From an uncultured Planctomycetales bacterium (GTDB taxonomy: Bacteria; Omnitrophota; Gorgyraeia; Zapsychrales; JBDRMG01): 64,000 bases of DNA. The stretch covers positions 17,704 through 81,703 of the forward strand of contig CAYZIY010000008.1 in assembly GCA_964478715.1 (NCBI GenBank), written 5' to 3'. The notes beneath the pieces are model-generated. The model had not been told where the DNA came from, did no database searches, and saw only the letters and a list, made by a program, of their open reading frames with translations. Each line of letters starts with the position of its first letter. The stretch's first letter is position 1. Of the stretch, positions 50,315 to 60,776 are shown piece by piece. Both the position numbers and the translations under genes were made by a program.

Positions 50315-50976
50315 AAGATGGTTTTCTTCTGATCGATAAACCAGTGAACCTGACCAGTCACGACGTGGTCAATATTATCCGAAAAAAATTTCGCATGCGG
50401 CGCATCGGTCATGCGGGAACATTGGATCCGCTGGCAACCGGTCTTCTGATCATTTTAGTGGGGAAATCAACAAAACTTTTTAATCGATTTTCGAGTTTTG
50501 ATAAAGGATATCGGGCGACTTTGCTTTTGGGGCTGACAACGCATACTGCTGATATCAACGGCAAGGAAATTCAAAGAACCTTTTGCGGAGATGTTACGGA
50601 GGATCGCTTTAAACAAGTGCTTGTAAGGTTCCAGGGCTCGATTGAACAGATCCCGCCTATGGTTTCGGCGGTTAAGCATAAGGGCAAGCGTCTTTATGAG
50701 TTGGCCAGAAGCGGAATAGAAGTTGAGCGTTCAGCCCGCAAGATAACAATCAATGAGCTGAAAATCCTGAACTGGCAACCGCCCGAAGTCGATTTTTACG
50801 TTCATTGTTCCAAAGGGACCTATGTCCGTAAAATCGCTGAGGATATCGGCGAACAGCTGGGCTGCGGGGCTTGCATTACAAAAATCAGAAGAACAAAGAT
50901 TGGTTATTTTGACGTAAAGCAAGCAATAACTCTGAATGAAGTCCATGAAAGTTATCTTCAAAACTGGAAATATTGA
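50311..50976 (+). CDS. truB: tRNA pseudouridine(55) synthase
   Basis: 'GFLLIDKP...TSHDVV...GHAGTLDPLATGLL' is present. The start overlaps the nrnA stop as ATGA. Confidence 0.9.
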   Translation: MKDGFLLIDKPVNLTSHDVVNIIRKKFRMRRIGHAGTLDPLATGLLIILVGKSTKLFNRFSSFDKGYRATLLLGLTTHTADINGKEIQRTFCGDVTEDRFKQVLVRFQGSIEQIPPMVSAVKHKGKRLYELARSGIEVERSARKITINELKILNWQPPEVDFYVHCSKGTYVRKIAEDIGEQLGCGACITKIRRTKIGYFDVKQAITLNEVHESYLQNWKY

Positions 50977-51883
50977 GAAACGCTTACGCGGTGGCGTGGT
51001 TGTCGTCGGCGTCTTTGATGGGGTACATCGGGGACATCAACACTTGATCGGATGCGCGCTCAAAGAAGCCTATTATCGGCAAGTGCCGGCCGTAGTTTGT
51101 ACCTTTGATCCGCATCCTTTGCATGTCCTTAAGCCTAAAAATTATCTGCCTTTTCTGGTCACCTTGAGACACCGGCTGAAGTTGATTGACGATTTAGGTG
51201 TCGATGCTTGTGTCGTCCTCAAATTCGACAGACGCTTTTCGCAGATCAAAGGCCAAGCTTTCTGCGAAAAATATTTGAAAGGCTTACTGGCTCCCCGAAC
51301 AGTTTGGGTGGGGGAGAACTTTTCTTTCGGTAAAGAGAAATCCGGATCGGTTTGGTTATTGCAGCGTGAAGGTGATCGTCTCGGATTTAAAGTACATGTT
51401 GATCCGTTAGTCAACAGCGGATCTCACCCCATCAGCAGCACAAGGATTCGCCGCTTAATCCGTGCGGGTCGATTAAAAGCAGCCGGCAAATTGCTAGGAA
51501 GACCTGTTTCCGTTTTAGCCCGTGTTGAAAGAGGAGACCGCCGTGGGCGCAATTTAGGATTTCCCACCGCCAATATCAATCCTTGGCGGGAAGTATATCC
51601 GCCTTGCGGAGTTTATCTTGTTCGGGTTGAAGTCAACAAAAAAGAATACTACGGAATAGCCAACCTCGGATGGCGACCGTCCGTTAAGCAGAAGAAAGAA
51701 AAGGTCAACCTCGAAGTTCATATTTTTTCCTTTCATCAGAATCTTTATCAGAAAGAAATTGAAGTCAGTTTTCTTAAAAAAATCCGTAAGGAAAGAAAAT
51801 TTCCTTCCGAGGAAAAATTGCAGCAACAAATCGCCCGCGATCAGCAAAAAGCTCTAAAACTCCTTAAAGAAATATCTGCTTAA
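50936..51883 (+). CDS. ribF: Bifunctional riboflavin kinase / FMN adenylyltransferase
   Basis: 'GVFDGVHRGHQHLI' and 'GFPTANI' are present. Confidence 0.9.
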   Translation: MKSMKVIFKTGNIEKRLRGGVVVVGVFDGVHRGHQHLIGCALKEAYYRQVPAVVCTFDPHPLHVLKPKNYLPFLVTLRHRLKLIDDLGVDACVVLKFDRRFSQIKGQAFCEKYLKGLLAPRTVWVGENFSFGKEKSGSVWLLQREGDRLGFKVHVDPLVNSGSHPISSTRIRRLIRAGRLKAAGKLLGRPVSVLARVERGDRRGRNLGFPTANINPWREVYPPCGVYLVRVEVNKKEYYGIANLGWRPSVKQKKEKVNLEVHIFSFHQNLYQKEIEVSFLKKIRKERKFPSEEKLQQQIARDQQKALKLLKEISA

Positions 51884-52029
51884 GCTCAATTCATTTTAAG
51901 AGGTCAATCCCAGATTTCTCTTTTTATTCCTTCATTATTTATTATTTTCGCACCCGTTTATCTTTCGTTTACCCGATATTCTGATTTTCGTAAATTATTG
52001 ACTGCCATAAAAATAAGGGAGAATGGGTA

Positions 52030-52058
52030 TTGACAGTGGCTCCTATTAGTAATAAAAT
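52030..52058 (+). promoter_or_regulatory. dcw-cluster promoter TTGACA-17-TAAAAT
   Basis: TTGACA at 52030-52035 and TAAAAT at 52053-52058. A second TTGACT lies at 51998. Confidence 0.6.
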
Positions 52059-52068
52059 GCCGTTAAAA

Positions 52069-52092
52069 GTGGAGTAGAGTGGTTTAAAGTGG
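52069..52092 (+). promoter_or_regulatory. Candidate MraZ operator: three direct GTGG repeats at 10-bp spacing
   Basis: GTGG at 52069, 52079 and 52089 ('GTGGAGTAGAGTGGTTTAAAGTGGTTCAAG'), lying between the -10 element and mraZ. Confidence 0.55.
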
Positions 52093-52110
52093 TTCAAGAG
52101 GTCTCTCGTC

Positions 52111-52551
52111 ATGTTTTATGGAGAATATATACACGGCATTGACCGCAAAGGACGGTTGATTTTACCGTCTCGCTTTCGGGAAGTCGCCAAAGATCACGGT
52201 ATGGAACGGTTTTTTTTAACCCGTGGACTGGACCGCTGTATCTTTATGTTTAGTGAGGATGAATGGATCGTTCAGGAGCAGAAATTTCGCAATTTTTCTT
52301 TTACCAAAAAAGAATCGCGTTCTTTTAACCGCTTGTTCTTTTCGGGGGTCATTGATGTTAAGCCCGATCGCCAGGGGCGTTTTATTATTCCCGGCTATCT
52401 GAAAGAATATGCCGAAATCAAGAAAGACACAGTGATTATCGGCATTTCGAACAGGATCGAAATCTGGGACAAAAATATTTGGGCTCAATTTTACAATACG
52501 TCGAAAGAATCGTTTGAGGAAATCGCAGAAAAATTGATTAATCTGCCATGA
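52111..52551 (+). CDS. mraZ: Transcriptional regulator MraZ
   Basis: 'GEYIHGIDRKGRLILPSRFR' and a duplicated domain are present. Confidence 0.9.
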   Translation: MFYGEYIHGIDRKGRLILPSRFREVAKDHGMERFFLTRGLDRCIFMFSEDEWIVQEQKFRNFSFTKKESRSFNRLFFSGVIDVKPDRQGRFIIPGYLKEYAEIKKDTVIIGISNRIEIWDKNIWAQFYNTSKESFEEIAEKLINLP

Positions 52552-53447
52552 TTAAGCAAAAGACAGAACATACGCCGGTTATGCTGGCTGAGGTGCTTGA
52601 GCATCTCAATCTTTCGCCCGGGGCCTGTATTGTGGATTGCACCTTGGGATTAGGAGGACACAGCATGAAGATTGTCAAAGAAATGAGCCCCAAGGGGTGC
52701 CTGATCGCGATCGACCGGGATGAATCATCCATTAGAATCGCCCGGGAAATGATGAAAGAATTTTCGGGGATCTGCAGTTTCGTGCATCAGGATTTTCGTA
52801 ATATCGACGATATATTAAACGATTTAGGCATCAAGGAAGTGGATGGATTCTTGTTTGATTTGGGAATTTCTTCTTATCAGCTGGAAAGTACTCAGCGGGG
52901 ATTTAGCCTGCAGTCCGATGGGCCTCTCGATATGAGGATGGATCAAAACACTTATATCTCGGCTTATGATCTCATCAATTCTCTTTCTGAAAAAGAATTG
53001 GCCTCCATTCTGAAGATGTTTGGCGAGGAACGTTTTTCTCGAAGGATCGCGCATAATCTCGTTAAGAAAAGAAGCGAGCATCCCATTGAATCCACTCACG
53101 ATCTGACCGATACCGTGATATCCTCCTTGCCGCGATCTTACAAAAGGACAAAAATTCATCCTGCTACGCGTACGTTTCAGGCCTTTCGTATTGCCGTTAA
53201 TCGCGAGCTCGAGGCTTTAGACATTGCTTTAGATAAATGCGTTTCTTTTTTAAAAAAAGGTGGCCGGTTGTGCGTAATTTCGTTTCATTCACTAGAAGAT
53301 CGCATTGTGAAACAAAAATTTCGTTATTTTCAAAAAGAGGGAGCAATGAAGATTCTCACCAAGAAACCGCTTCGTCCCGGCGATCAAGAAACTGAATTCA
53401 ACAGGCGCAGTCGAAGCGCTCGGTTGAGAGTGGCTGAAAAAATTTAG
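52548..53447 (+). CDS. rsmH: 16S rRNA (cytosine1402-N4)-methyltransferase RsmH
   Basis: 'HTPVMLAEVLE...DCTLGLGGHS...DLGISSYQLE' is present. Confidence 0.9.
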   Translation: MIKQKTEHTPVMLAEVLEHLNLSPGACIVDCTLGLGGHSMKIVKEMSPKGCLIAIDRDESSIRIAREMMKEFSGICSFVHQDFRNIDDILNDLGIKEVDGFLFDLGISSYQLESTQRGFSLQSDGPLDMRMDQNTYISAYDLINSLSEKELASILKMFGEERFSRRIAHNLVKKRSEHPIESTHDLTDTVISSLPRSYKRTKIHPATRTFQAFRIAVNRELEALDIALDKCVSFLKKGGRLCVISFHSLEDRIVKQKFRYFQKEGAMKILTKKPLRPGDQETEFNRRSRSARLRVAEKI

Positions 53448-53466
53448 AACCAAAGGATAGCAAAGT

Positions 53467-53847
53467 ATGCGTTTATCAAAAAGTTTAGCGGCAATGGTGA
53501 TAGTGACCGTAATGGCCTTAATCTACATTCATCTGCAGGTGCAAATTTACGATTTGGCCTATCGCGGCAGCGCTCAGGAAAGTCAAATCAGCCAGTTGAT
53601 GGACGATCGGGATGATATTCATTATGACATTACTGTCTTGAAATCCGCCAACCACTTGGGGGGCACATTGCTGAGTGGAGATTCCGACCTTCGGTTTCTA
53701 GACCGGGATGACATTATTGAGGTTCATGTTCCCAGAAGCCCTCGGGCGATCGATATGGCTTCTTTATCCTCACAGCGTAAAGAGCGGAGCTTTCTGGCCC
53801 GTTTGTTTTCTCTAAAGTCCAAAGCCGAAGCTAAAACCATCGAATAA
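53467..53847 (+). CDS. FtsL-like cell-division protein
   Basis: Small bitopic protein with 'LAAMVIVTVMALIYIHLQVQIYDL', in the expected position between rsmH and ftsI. Confidence 0.5.
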   Translation: MRLSKSLAAMVIVTVMALIYIHLQVQIYDLAYRGSAQESQISQLMDDRDDIHYDITVLKSANHLGGTLLSGDSDLRFLDRDDIIEVHVPRSPRAIDMASLSSQRKERSFLARLFSLKSKAEAKTIE

Positions 53848-53881
53848 CGATCATAAAAATTGACGGACATTTGCCAAAGAA

Positions 53882-55555
53882 GTGCAGATAAGAAAATATC
53901 CTTTCCGATTTAGCCTCGTTTTCTTTTCCCTGATCCTCTGTCTGATTATTTTCATTGTCCGCCTTGTTTTTATTCAAGTTTTCCGCTCATCCTATCTGGC
54001 CGAAAAGGCCAAAAAACAGCAAGAGCAATTAGTTGAAATTGAGCCCCGAAGAGGGGGTATCTACGACAGACAGTTGCGGCCATTGGCGATGAATATTAGC
54101 GCTTATTCTCTTTATGCTAATCCGCGGGCTATGGATTGGGCTGGTCGGCAAACGGTGATCAAAGAACTCTGTCGGGTTTTAAGTTTGAATCCTTTGCATT
54201 TACAAGAGTTACTTGATAAGGATAAATATTTTGTATGGATCAAAAGAAAACTTGATTCAAAGATGATGAACAGAATCAAATCATTGGATTTAGTGGGTAT
54301 CGGTTTCATCAAGGAGAGCCGTCGATATTATCCCAACGACGTCTTGGGGATGCATCTGATTGGCGTAGCTGGTATGGATAATCAGGGACTTTTGGGCCTG
54401 GAGTTGGAGTTTGATGAGAGTTTGAAAGGGGAAAGCGGCTGGTCGCAGTTTATCCGCGATGCGCATCAGAGGCAATTGATGATCCAAAAACAGTACATTC
54501 CGCCTAAAGATGGCTTGGAGCTTGTGCTGACGATTGATGAAACTATTCAGTATTTAACCGAGCGGGCTTTAGAAAAGGCGTATAAGAAACATAATGCTAA
54601 AGGCGCCAGTATGATCATCATGAATCCCAAAACAGGAGAAATTTTGGCCATGGCCAATCGGCCGACCTTTGACGGTAATCAATTTTCCACTAGTTCAACC
54701 CAGCAGAGACGCAATCGGGCTGTTGTCGATATGTATGAACCCGGTTCTGTTTTTAAAATTGTAACCGCAGCCGCCGCTTTGCAGGAAAAAGCCTTTGATG
54801 AAGATGATGCGATTTTCTGTGAAAATGGACAATATCGCATTGCGAATCACATTTTACATGATTACCGCAGCCACGGTAAGCTGACTTTCTTGGAGGTTTT
54901 TCAGGAATCGAGCAATATCGGGGTAGCTAAAATTGCCCAGAAGATTGGTCCGGAAGTTGTTTATCAGTATGCCCGAAAATTCCATTTTGGCGAAAAGACA
55001 GGTATCCATCTTCCGGGTGAAGTCGCAGGGATTGTTAAGACTCCCAGTCAATGGTCGAAGACCACCATCGGCGCCTTTCCTATCGGTCAGGAAGTGACGG
55101 TCACCGCCCTGCAGCTGGTTTGCGCGATTTCAACGATCGCTAATGGAGGCATCCTCATGAAGCCGTATGTGGTAAAATATATCCGGGATCAAAAAGAAGA
55201 GCTGATTGAGGAATTCCATCCCCAGGTTGTCGATCAGGTGATCAGTGAGGATGTGGCTAAAAGACTGACGCACATTTTAGTTCAAGTGGTTGAAAAGGGA
55301 ACGGGCCGCAATGCCCGTATCAAAAATGTATCCGTCGCGGGCAAGACGGGGACGGCTCAGAAAGTTAAAAATGGGATTTACTCCCAAAAAGATTTTTATG
55401 CTTCTTTTATCGGTTTTGCGCCGGCGGATGACCCCAAGATCGCGGCCGTGGTTGTTTACGATGAGCCGCATCCCAGTCATTTTGGTGGAACAGTGGCCGC
55501 TCCTGTTTTCAAAGAAGTTATTAAAGATGTGCTTAAATATTTAGAAATTAAATAA
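53882..55555 (+). CDS. ftsI: Peptidoglycan D,D-transpeptidase FtsI (class B PBP)
   Basis: 'SVFK', 'SSN' and 'KTGT' motifs are present, with an N-terminal TM helix. Confidence 0.9.
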   Translation: MQIRKYPFRFSLVFFSLILCLIIFIVRLVFIQVFRSSYLAEKAKKQQEQLVEIEPRRGGIYDRQLRPLAMNISAYSLYANPRAMDWAGRQTVIKELCRVLSLNPLHLQELLDKDKYFVWIKRKLDSKMMNRIKSLDLVGIGFIKESRRYYPNDVLGMHLIGVAGMDNQGLLGLELEFDESLKGESGWSQFIRDAHQRQLMIQKQYIPPKDGLELVLTIDETIQYLTERALEKAYKKHNAKGASMIIMNPKTGEILAMANRPTFDGNQFSTSSTQQRRNRAVVDMYEPGSVFKIVTAAAALQEKAFDEDDAIFCENGQYRIANHILHDYRSHGKLTFLEVFQESSNIGVAKIAQKIGPEVVYQYARKFHFGEKTGIHLPGEVAGIVKTPSQWSKTTIGAFPIGQEVTVTALQLVCAISTIANGGILMKPYVVKYIRDQKEELIEEFHPQVVDQVISEDVAKRLTHILVQVVEKGTGRNARIKNVSVAGKTGTAQKVKNGIYSQKDFYASFIGFAPADDPKIAAVVVYDEPHPSHFGGTVAAPVFKEVIKDVLKYLEIK

Positions 55556-55570
55556 TAACTTGATAATGAC

Positions 55571-57028
55571 ATGATGACATTAGGCGAACTTTTTGATCAA
55601 ATTATTGAATGCAATCTTAGTGATAAAGAAAAGGAATTGCAGGTTACAGATATCGCTAATGATTCTCGCCGAATCAGGAAGGGAAGTTTGTTCCTTGCAC
55701 TTAAAGGCAAAGAGAAAGACGGGCATGACTTTATTCGAGAAGCTGTGCAAAGGGGAGCGGTGGCCGTTATCAGCGAGCATTATGTGTCGCAAATGCTAAA
55801 GTCCAGCCAGATATATTATTACCGGGATAGAAAACTTTCTGAGAAGATCAGTGATTTGGCCAAAAGATTTTTCCGTGATCCAGGAAAAGAGATAAAGACC
55901 GTAGCGGTTACCGGAACCAACGGAAAAACTACCGTGACCTATTTGGTGGAGTCGGTTTTGACGCAGGCTAAGATTCTTTGTGGGGTCAAAGGAACCATTA
56001 ACGAGCGTGTCGCTGAAAATATCACTCCTGTGCGCAATACGACGGCAGGTATCATTGATAATCAGTGTTTTTTAGCCAAGCTCAGGGATCAGGGTATTAC
56101 TCATTGCGTGATGGAGGTCTCTTCTCATGCGCTTGATCAGGGAAGAATTCGAGGGATCGATTTTGATGTGGCTATTTTTACCAATCTCAGCCAGGATCAC
56201 CTGGACTATCACCGCGATATGGATCAGTACTTCTTGTCCAAAAGCAAATTATTTGATTCGCTTAAAAACACGGCCGTTTCCGTTATTAATCAGGATGACC
56301 CTTACGGGCAAAAGCTGATTAAAAAAATCGAAACACCTTTAGTCACTTATGGGATTAAGAAAGATGCGGAATTTCGCGCAAAAGATCTAAAGTATTCTTT
56401 GCAAAAGACGCAATGCACTCTCGAGATATCGGGATCGCAACATTTCGTCAGGAGTTCCTTGATCGGGGAACATAATGTTTATAATATACTAGCGGCCGTG
56501 GCCTGTGCCTGTCAGCTTCAGATCGATCCGGCGGCTATTATCAGAGGAATTGAACTGCTGGACCATGTTCCCGGGCGCTTGGAGCGCATAGTTAATCGCC
56601 GGGGATTTGATGTCTTTGTGGATTACGCCCATACCGATGATGCGTTAAGAAATGTTTTAACAATTTTGCGTCGACAGAATCCCCGTTGTCTGATTGTTGT
56701 GTTTGGTTGCGGGGGAAATCGCGATAAGGGAAAGAGACCTAAAATGGGTCGGGTGGCCGAGAGATTAGCTGATCATGTGATTATAACCAATGATAATCCC
56801 CGCCAGGAAGGTCCGGAACAAATCATGAAAAATATTATCGCTGGTTTTAAGTCGCGCACATATGAAGTCATTTACGACCGGAAGCAGGCGATTGAAACGG
56901 CTCTGGCCAAAGCCCGAGAAGGAGATATCGTCTTGATCGCAGGCAAAGGCCATGAAACTGATCAGATTTTTAAAGAGTCAAAGCAGCGCTTTGATGATTG
57001 TCAAGTTGTCAGGGAGTATTTGAGATGA
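55571..57028 (+). CDS. murE: UDP-N-acetylmuramoyl-L-alanyl-D-glutamate--2,6-diaminopimelate ligase
   Basis: 'VTGTNGKTT' and the 'DNPR' motif are present. Confidence 0.9.
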   Translation: MMTLGELFDQIIECNLSDKEKELQVTDIANDSRRIRKGSLFLALKGKEKDGHDFIREAVQRGAVAVISEHYVSQMLKSSQIYYYRDRKLSEKISDLAKRFFRDPGKEIKTVAVTGTNGKTTVTYLVESVLTQAKILCGVKGTINERVAENITPVRNTTAGIIDNQCFLAKLRDQGITHCVMEVSSHALDQGRIRGIDFDVAIFTNLSQDHLDYHRDMDQYFLSKSKLFDSLKNTAVSVINQDDPYGQKLIKKIETPLVTYGIKKDAEFRAKDLKYSLQKTQCTLEISGSQHFVRSSLIGEHNVYNILAAVACACQLQIDPAAIIRGIELLDHVPGRLERIVNRRGFDVFVDYAHTDDALRNVLTILRRQNPRCLIVVFGCGGNRDKGKRPKMGRVAERLADHVIITNDNPRQEGPEQIMKNIIAGFKSRTYEVIYDRKQAIETALAKAREGDIVLIAGKGHETDQIFKESKQRFDDCQVVREYLR

Positions 57029-58383
57029 TGACCGTTAAGGATATTCTCAGGATTACAGGAGGAATACTGATCGCGGGATCAGATCGGATAACCATACGAG
57101 GCGTTTCGACGGATTCAAGAACTTGCAAAAGAGGTCACCTTTTTATTGCTATCAAAGGCCAACGTTACGACGGGCATAGATTTCTAGAACAGGTGGCTCA
57201 AAAAAAAGCTGCGGCAGTTTTAATCTCTCGAAAAAAGGAATTACTTGCAAAAGGAATGACGGCAATACTTATTCAAGACACACTGAAGGCTTATGGTCAG
57301 ATAGCCAGGTTTCACAGGCAGAAATTTCAGATTCCGGTTATTGCGGTAACCGGCAGTAATGGCAAGACAACCACCAAAGAAATGATCGCGGCCTTAATCT
57401 CCAAGAAGTTAAGGGTTTTAAAAAGTATCGGTACGCACAATAATTTTATTGGGGTGCCAGAAACCCTACTGCGTCTCACTCAAAAGCATCAAGCCGTTGT
57501 TCTTGAAGCGGGAACCAATCACCCCGGTGAGATATCTTACCTGGGATCGATCTGTCAACCAACTGTTGCTGTTTTGACCAATATCGGAGAATCTCATTTA
57601 GAATTTCTGAAAAACAAAAGAAATGTATTTCGGGAAAAGTCTGCCTTGATTCAGTATTTGGCCAAGGATGGTTTGGTTGTTTACAATCACGACGATCCTT
57701 GGCTGAATAAACTTCCGGGAAGTTATCCTTTAAGACGTTTTAGCGGTTATGGACTGAAATGCCATTCGGGGCTGTGTGTTTCCCGCTTGGAGATATCAAA
57801 AAATCATATCGAATTTTTGTGCAATGATAACAGGCGTTACCGAATAAAAAGTGTGGCAGTTCATAATATCCTTAATGCCTTAGCCGCTGTCGTCTGTGCT
57901 AAAGAGTTAGGTGTTTCAAAAACATCGATTCAAAGAGAGCTCAATTCGTTTCGCTTTCCCAGCGGTCGGATGAGACTTCGGCGAAAAGACGGGATCTGGT
58001 TTCTTGATGACACTTATAATGCGAATCCGACTTCTTTTTTGGCTGCTCTTAAAACACTTGATGCTATGCCGCAGGAGAAAAGAAGAGTGATCTTTATGGG
58101 GGATATGCTGGAGTTGGGGATGAATGCGACTCGATTGCATCGACGTATCGGAAAAGAAATCGCCCGGTTGAAACCGGCGGTCGTGATAGCCACCGGCCGT
58201 TTTTCACGGGAAACGATTAACGTCATCCAAAAGACACAGATGCAGATACAAGCTTTTCATTTCAAATATTTTAATCCGGCCGGTAGACGATTGAAATCTC
58301 TTGTTCGAAAGGGTGATGTAGTTCTCATCAAGGGATCGCGCTCTTTCAAGATGGAACGAACTCTTACCTTATGGAAAATGTAA
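57025..58383 (+). CDS. murF: UDP-N-acetylmuramoyl-tripeptide--D-alanyl-D-alanine ligase
   Basis: 'VTGSNGKTTTKEM' is present. The start overlaps the murE stop as ATGA. Confidence 0.9.
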   Translation: MMTVKDILRITGGILIAGSDRITIRGVSTDSRTCKRGHLFIAIKGQRYDGHRFLEQVAQKKAAAVLISRKKELLAKGMTAILIQDTLKAYGQIARFHRQKFQIPVIAVTGSNGKTTTKEMIAALISKKLRVLKSIGTHNNFIGVPETLLRLTQKHQAVVLEAGTNHPGEISYLGSICQPTVAVLTNIGESHLEFLKNKRNVFREKSALIQYLAKDGLVVYNHDDPWLNKLPGSYPLRRFSGYGLKCHSGLCVSRLEISKNHIEFLCNDNRRYRIKSVAVHNILNALAAVVCAKELGVSKTSIQRELNSFRFPSGRMRLRRKDGIWFLDDTYNANPTSFLAALKTLDAMPQEKRRVIFMGDMLELGMNATRLHRRIGKEIARLKPAVVIATGRFSRETINVIQKTQMQIQAFHFKYFNPAGRRLKSLVRKGDVVLIKGSRSFKMERTLTLWKM

Positions 58384-58401
58384 AAAAGGAGATGACCAGA
58401 C

Positions 58402-59493
58402 ATGCTCTATTATTTATCTGAGCTCAGAGATATATTTTTTGGGTTAAATGTGTTTCGATACATCACGTTTCGCGCGGGAATGGCTGCGGTCACTACATTT
58501 ATGATGTGCATGATATTCGGGCCGGTGGCTATTTCGAAATTTATCCGTTGGAAAATACATGAAAATACCAAAAGAGACGACTGTCCTCAGCTGGATGAAC
58601 TTCATCGGATAAAGAAAGGTACGCCAACGATGGGAGGATTGTTTATCTTAGGAAGCGTTCTGGTGTCGGTTATTCTCTGGTGTGATTTAAATAATAGATA
58701 TGTTCAGCTGTCGCTTTTAACTATGGTTTGGTTGGGAATTCTTGGATTTATCGATGATTTTGTTAAACTGACCCGGCCCCATAAAGGCCGCCGTGGTTTA
58801 AGCGCCAAAAAAAAATTTTTCTGGGAATGTTTACTGGGGCTTTGCGTGGGTTTTCTCATAATACGTGATCCCAGCGGCTCAACACGGTTGGCGCTTCCTT
58901 TTTTCAAAAATGTCATGATTTATCTAGGAGTATTGTATATCCCCTTTGTAATCCTAGTTATTGTCGGCACATCGAATTCTGTGAATTTAACCGATGGCCT
59001 TGACGGGTTGGCTATCGGTAATGTGCTGATGGTGGCTTTGGGCCTGGGGGTTTTGAGCTATATAAGCTCTCACGCGACATTCAGCCAATATTTGTTCATT
59101 CCTCATATTCCCAAAGCAGGGGAATTGACCATTATCTGCGCTTCCATCGTGGGGGCTTCGTTAGGATTTTTGTGGTTTAATTGTTATCCGGCCTCCATAT
59201 TCATGGGAGATGTCGGGTCCTTGTCCTTGGGGGGAACACTGGGATTGGTTGCCGTATTAATCAAGAAGGAGCTTCTCCTCATTGTTCTGGGAGGAATTTT
59301 TGTGATCGAAGTTTTGTCGGTAATCGGTCAGGTCTTATCGATTAAAATCAGAAAGAAAAGACTGCTGAAAGTATCTCCGCTGCATCACCATTTACAACTT
59401 TGCGGGTGGAAGGAATCGCAGATCATCACTCGTTTTTGGATTATTGGAATCATCTTCATTCTTTTGACTTTGACAACGCTCAAAATTAGATAA
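58402..59493 (+). CDS. mraY: Phospho-N-acetylmuramoyl-pentapeptide transferase
   Basis: 'TPTMGG', 'NLTDGLDGLA' and the 'GDVGS' motif are present. Confidence 0.95.
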   Translation: MLYYLSELRDIFFGLNVFRYITFRAGMAAVTTFMMCMIFGPVAISKFIRWKIHENTKRDDCPQLDELHRIKKGTPTMGGLFILGSVLVSVILWCDLNNRYVQLSLLTMVWLGILGFIDDFVKLTRPHKGRRGLSAKKKFFWECLLGLCVGFLIIRDPSGSTRLALPFFKNVMIYLGVLYIPFVILVIVGTSNSVNLTDGLDGLAIGNVLMVALGLGVLSYISSHATFSQYLFIPHIPKAGELTIICASIVGASLGFLWFNCYPASIFMGDVGSLSLGGTLGLVAVLIKKELLLIVLGGIFVIEVLSVIGQVLSIKIRKKRLLKVSPLHHHLQLCGWKESQIITRFWIIGIIFILLTLTTLKIR

Positions 59494-60776
59494 TGATGAA
59501 AATCAAAGATAAAACAGTGACCATTATGGGATTCGCTGCCAGTGGAATGGCAGCAGCCGATCTGGCTTTAGATAATGGAGCTCGTGTTCAAATCAGTGAA
59601 CAGAGACAGGATAAATTGACTCAATCCCGGTTTGGGGCATGGAAAAATAAAAAGGACGTGGCGGTAGAGTGGGGCAAGCACTCTTTAGATTTTATTGAAA
59701 ATTCCGATATCATTGTTCTTAGCCCAGGAGTCCCAAATGACTTACCCGTGATTCAAAAAGCCCAAGAACGCGGTATTCCCGTCATGGGAGAGATCGAATT
59801 CGCTTATCGATTTTGTCCTTCCAAAATTATTGCCGTGACCGGAAGCAACGGAAAAACAACGGTCTCAACGTTGATCAGCAAATTGTTAAGCGAAGCTGGC
59901 CGCAAAATAATCTTCTGTGGTAATATCGGGACTCCTTTTTCATCGGTTATTCCATACTGCACAAAACAAACACTGGTTGTGCTTGAGATTAGCTCATTTC
60001 AATTGGAATCAATTCGGACATTTACTGCGCATGTCGCCGTTTTCTTGAATTTCAGTCAGAATCATCTTGACCGCCACAAGGACTGCGAGGAATATTTTGA
60101 GGCCAAAAAAAGGATCTTTGAGAATCAGTCTCGGAATGATTTTGCTGTGCTAAATATCCGAGATGAGAAGATCAAGACTTTAGGCCAAAATCTTCAATCC
60201 CGCATTATTTATTTCAATACTTCAAAGGATCAGAATCTTTTTGATGATCCCAATCAAAGGGCCGCCTATGCGGTTGTCCGGATATTCGGTGTAAGTAAAG
60301 ATAAGGCAAAAAAGGTTTTTGATGAATTTTGTGGCGTTGAACATCGCATGGAGAAAGTCCGTACGCTATGCGGAGTCCATTTTATCAATGATTCAAAGTC
60401 GACGACTGTTGAAGCCACTCGCTGGGCACTTGAAAGAACCGCCGGCCCGGTGATTCTGATTTGCGGAGGACGGGATAAAAATCTGGATTATTCTGTAATC
60501 AAAGATCTCATAGCAAAGAAGGTTAGGCAGATGATAACCATAGGGGAAGCCAGAGAAAGAATCGGACGCATTTATCGAGAAATGATTCCTTTTGAGGAAG
60601 CCGATTCGCTTCGGGGGGCGGTGGATTTGGCCCGTTCTTATGCTAAAGACGGTGACCACATCTTGCTTTCCCCGATGTGTGCCAGCTTTGACATGTTTAA
60701 AAACTTTGAAGAACGAGGTAAAGCCTTCAAAGAGATCGTCCATTCTCTCAACGAGGATTCGTCATGCGCCATTTAA
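59493..60776 (+). CDS. murD: UDP-N-acetylmuramoylalanine--D-glutamate ligase
   Basis: 'VTGSNGKTTV' is present, and the Mur-ligase fold runs through the protein. Confidence 0.9.
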   Translation: MMKIKDKTVTIMGFAASGMAAADLALDNGARVQISEQRQDKLTQSRFGAWKNKKDVAVEWGKHSLDFIENSDIIVLSPGVPNDLPVIQKAQERGIPVMGEIEFAYRFCPSKIIAVTGSNGKTTVSTLISKLLSEAGRKIIFCGNIGTPFSSVIPYCTKQTLVVLEISSFQLESIRTFTAHVAVFLNFSQNHLDRHKDCEEYFEAKKRIFENQSRNDFAVLNIRDEKIKTLGQNLQSRIIYFNTSKDQNLFDDPNQRAAYAVVRIFGVSKDKAKKVFDEFCGVEHRMEKVRTLCGVHFINDSKSTTVEATRWALERTAGPVILICGGRDKNLDYSVIKDLIAKKVRQMITIGEARERIGRIYREMIPFEEADSLRGAVDLARSYAKDGDHILLSPMCASFDMFKNFEERGKAFKEIVHSLNEDSSCAI

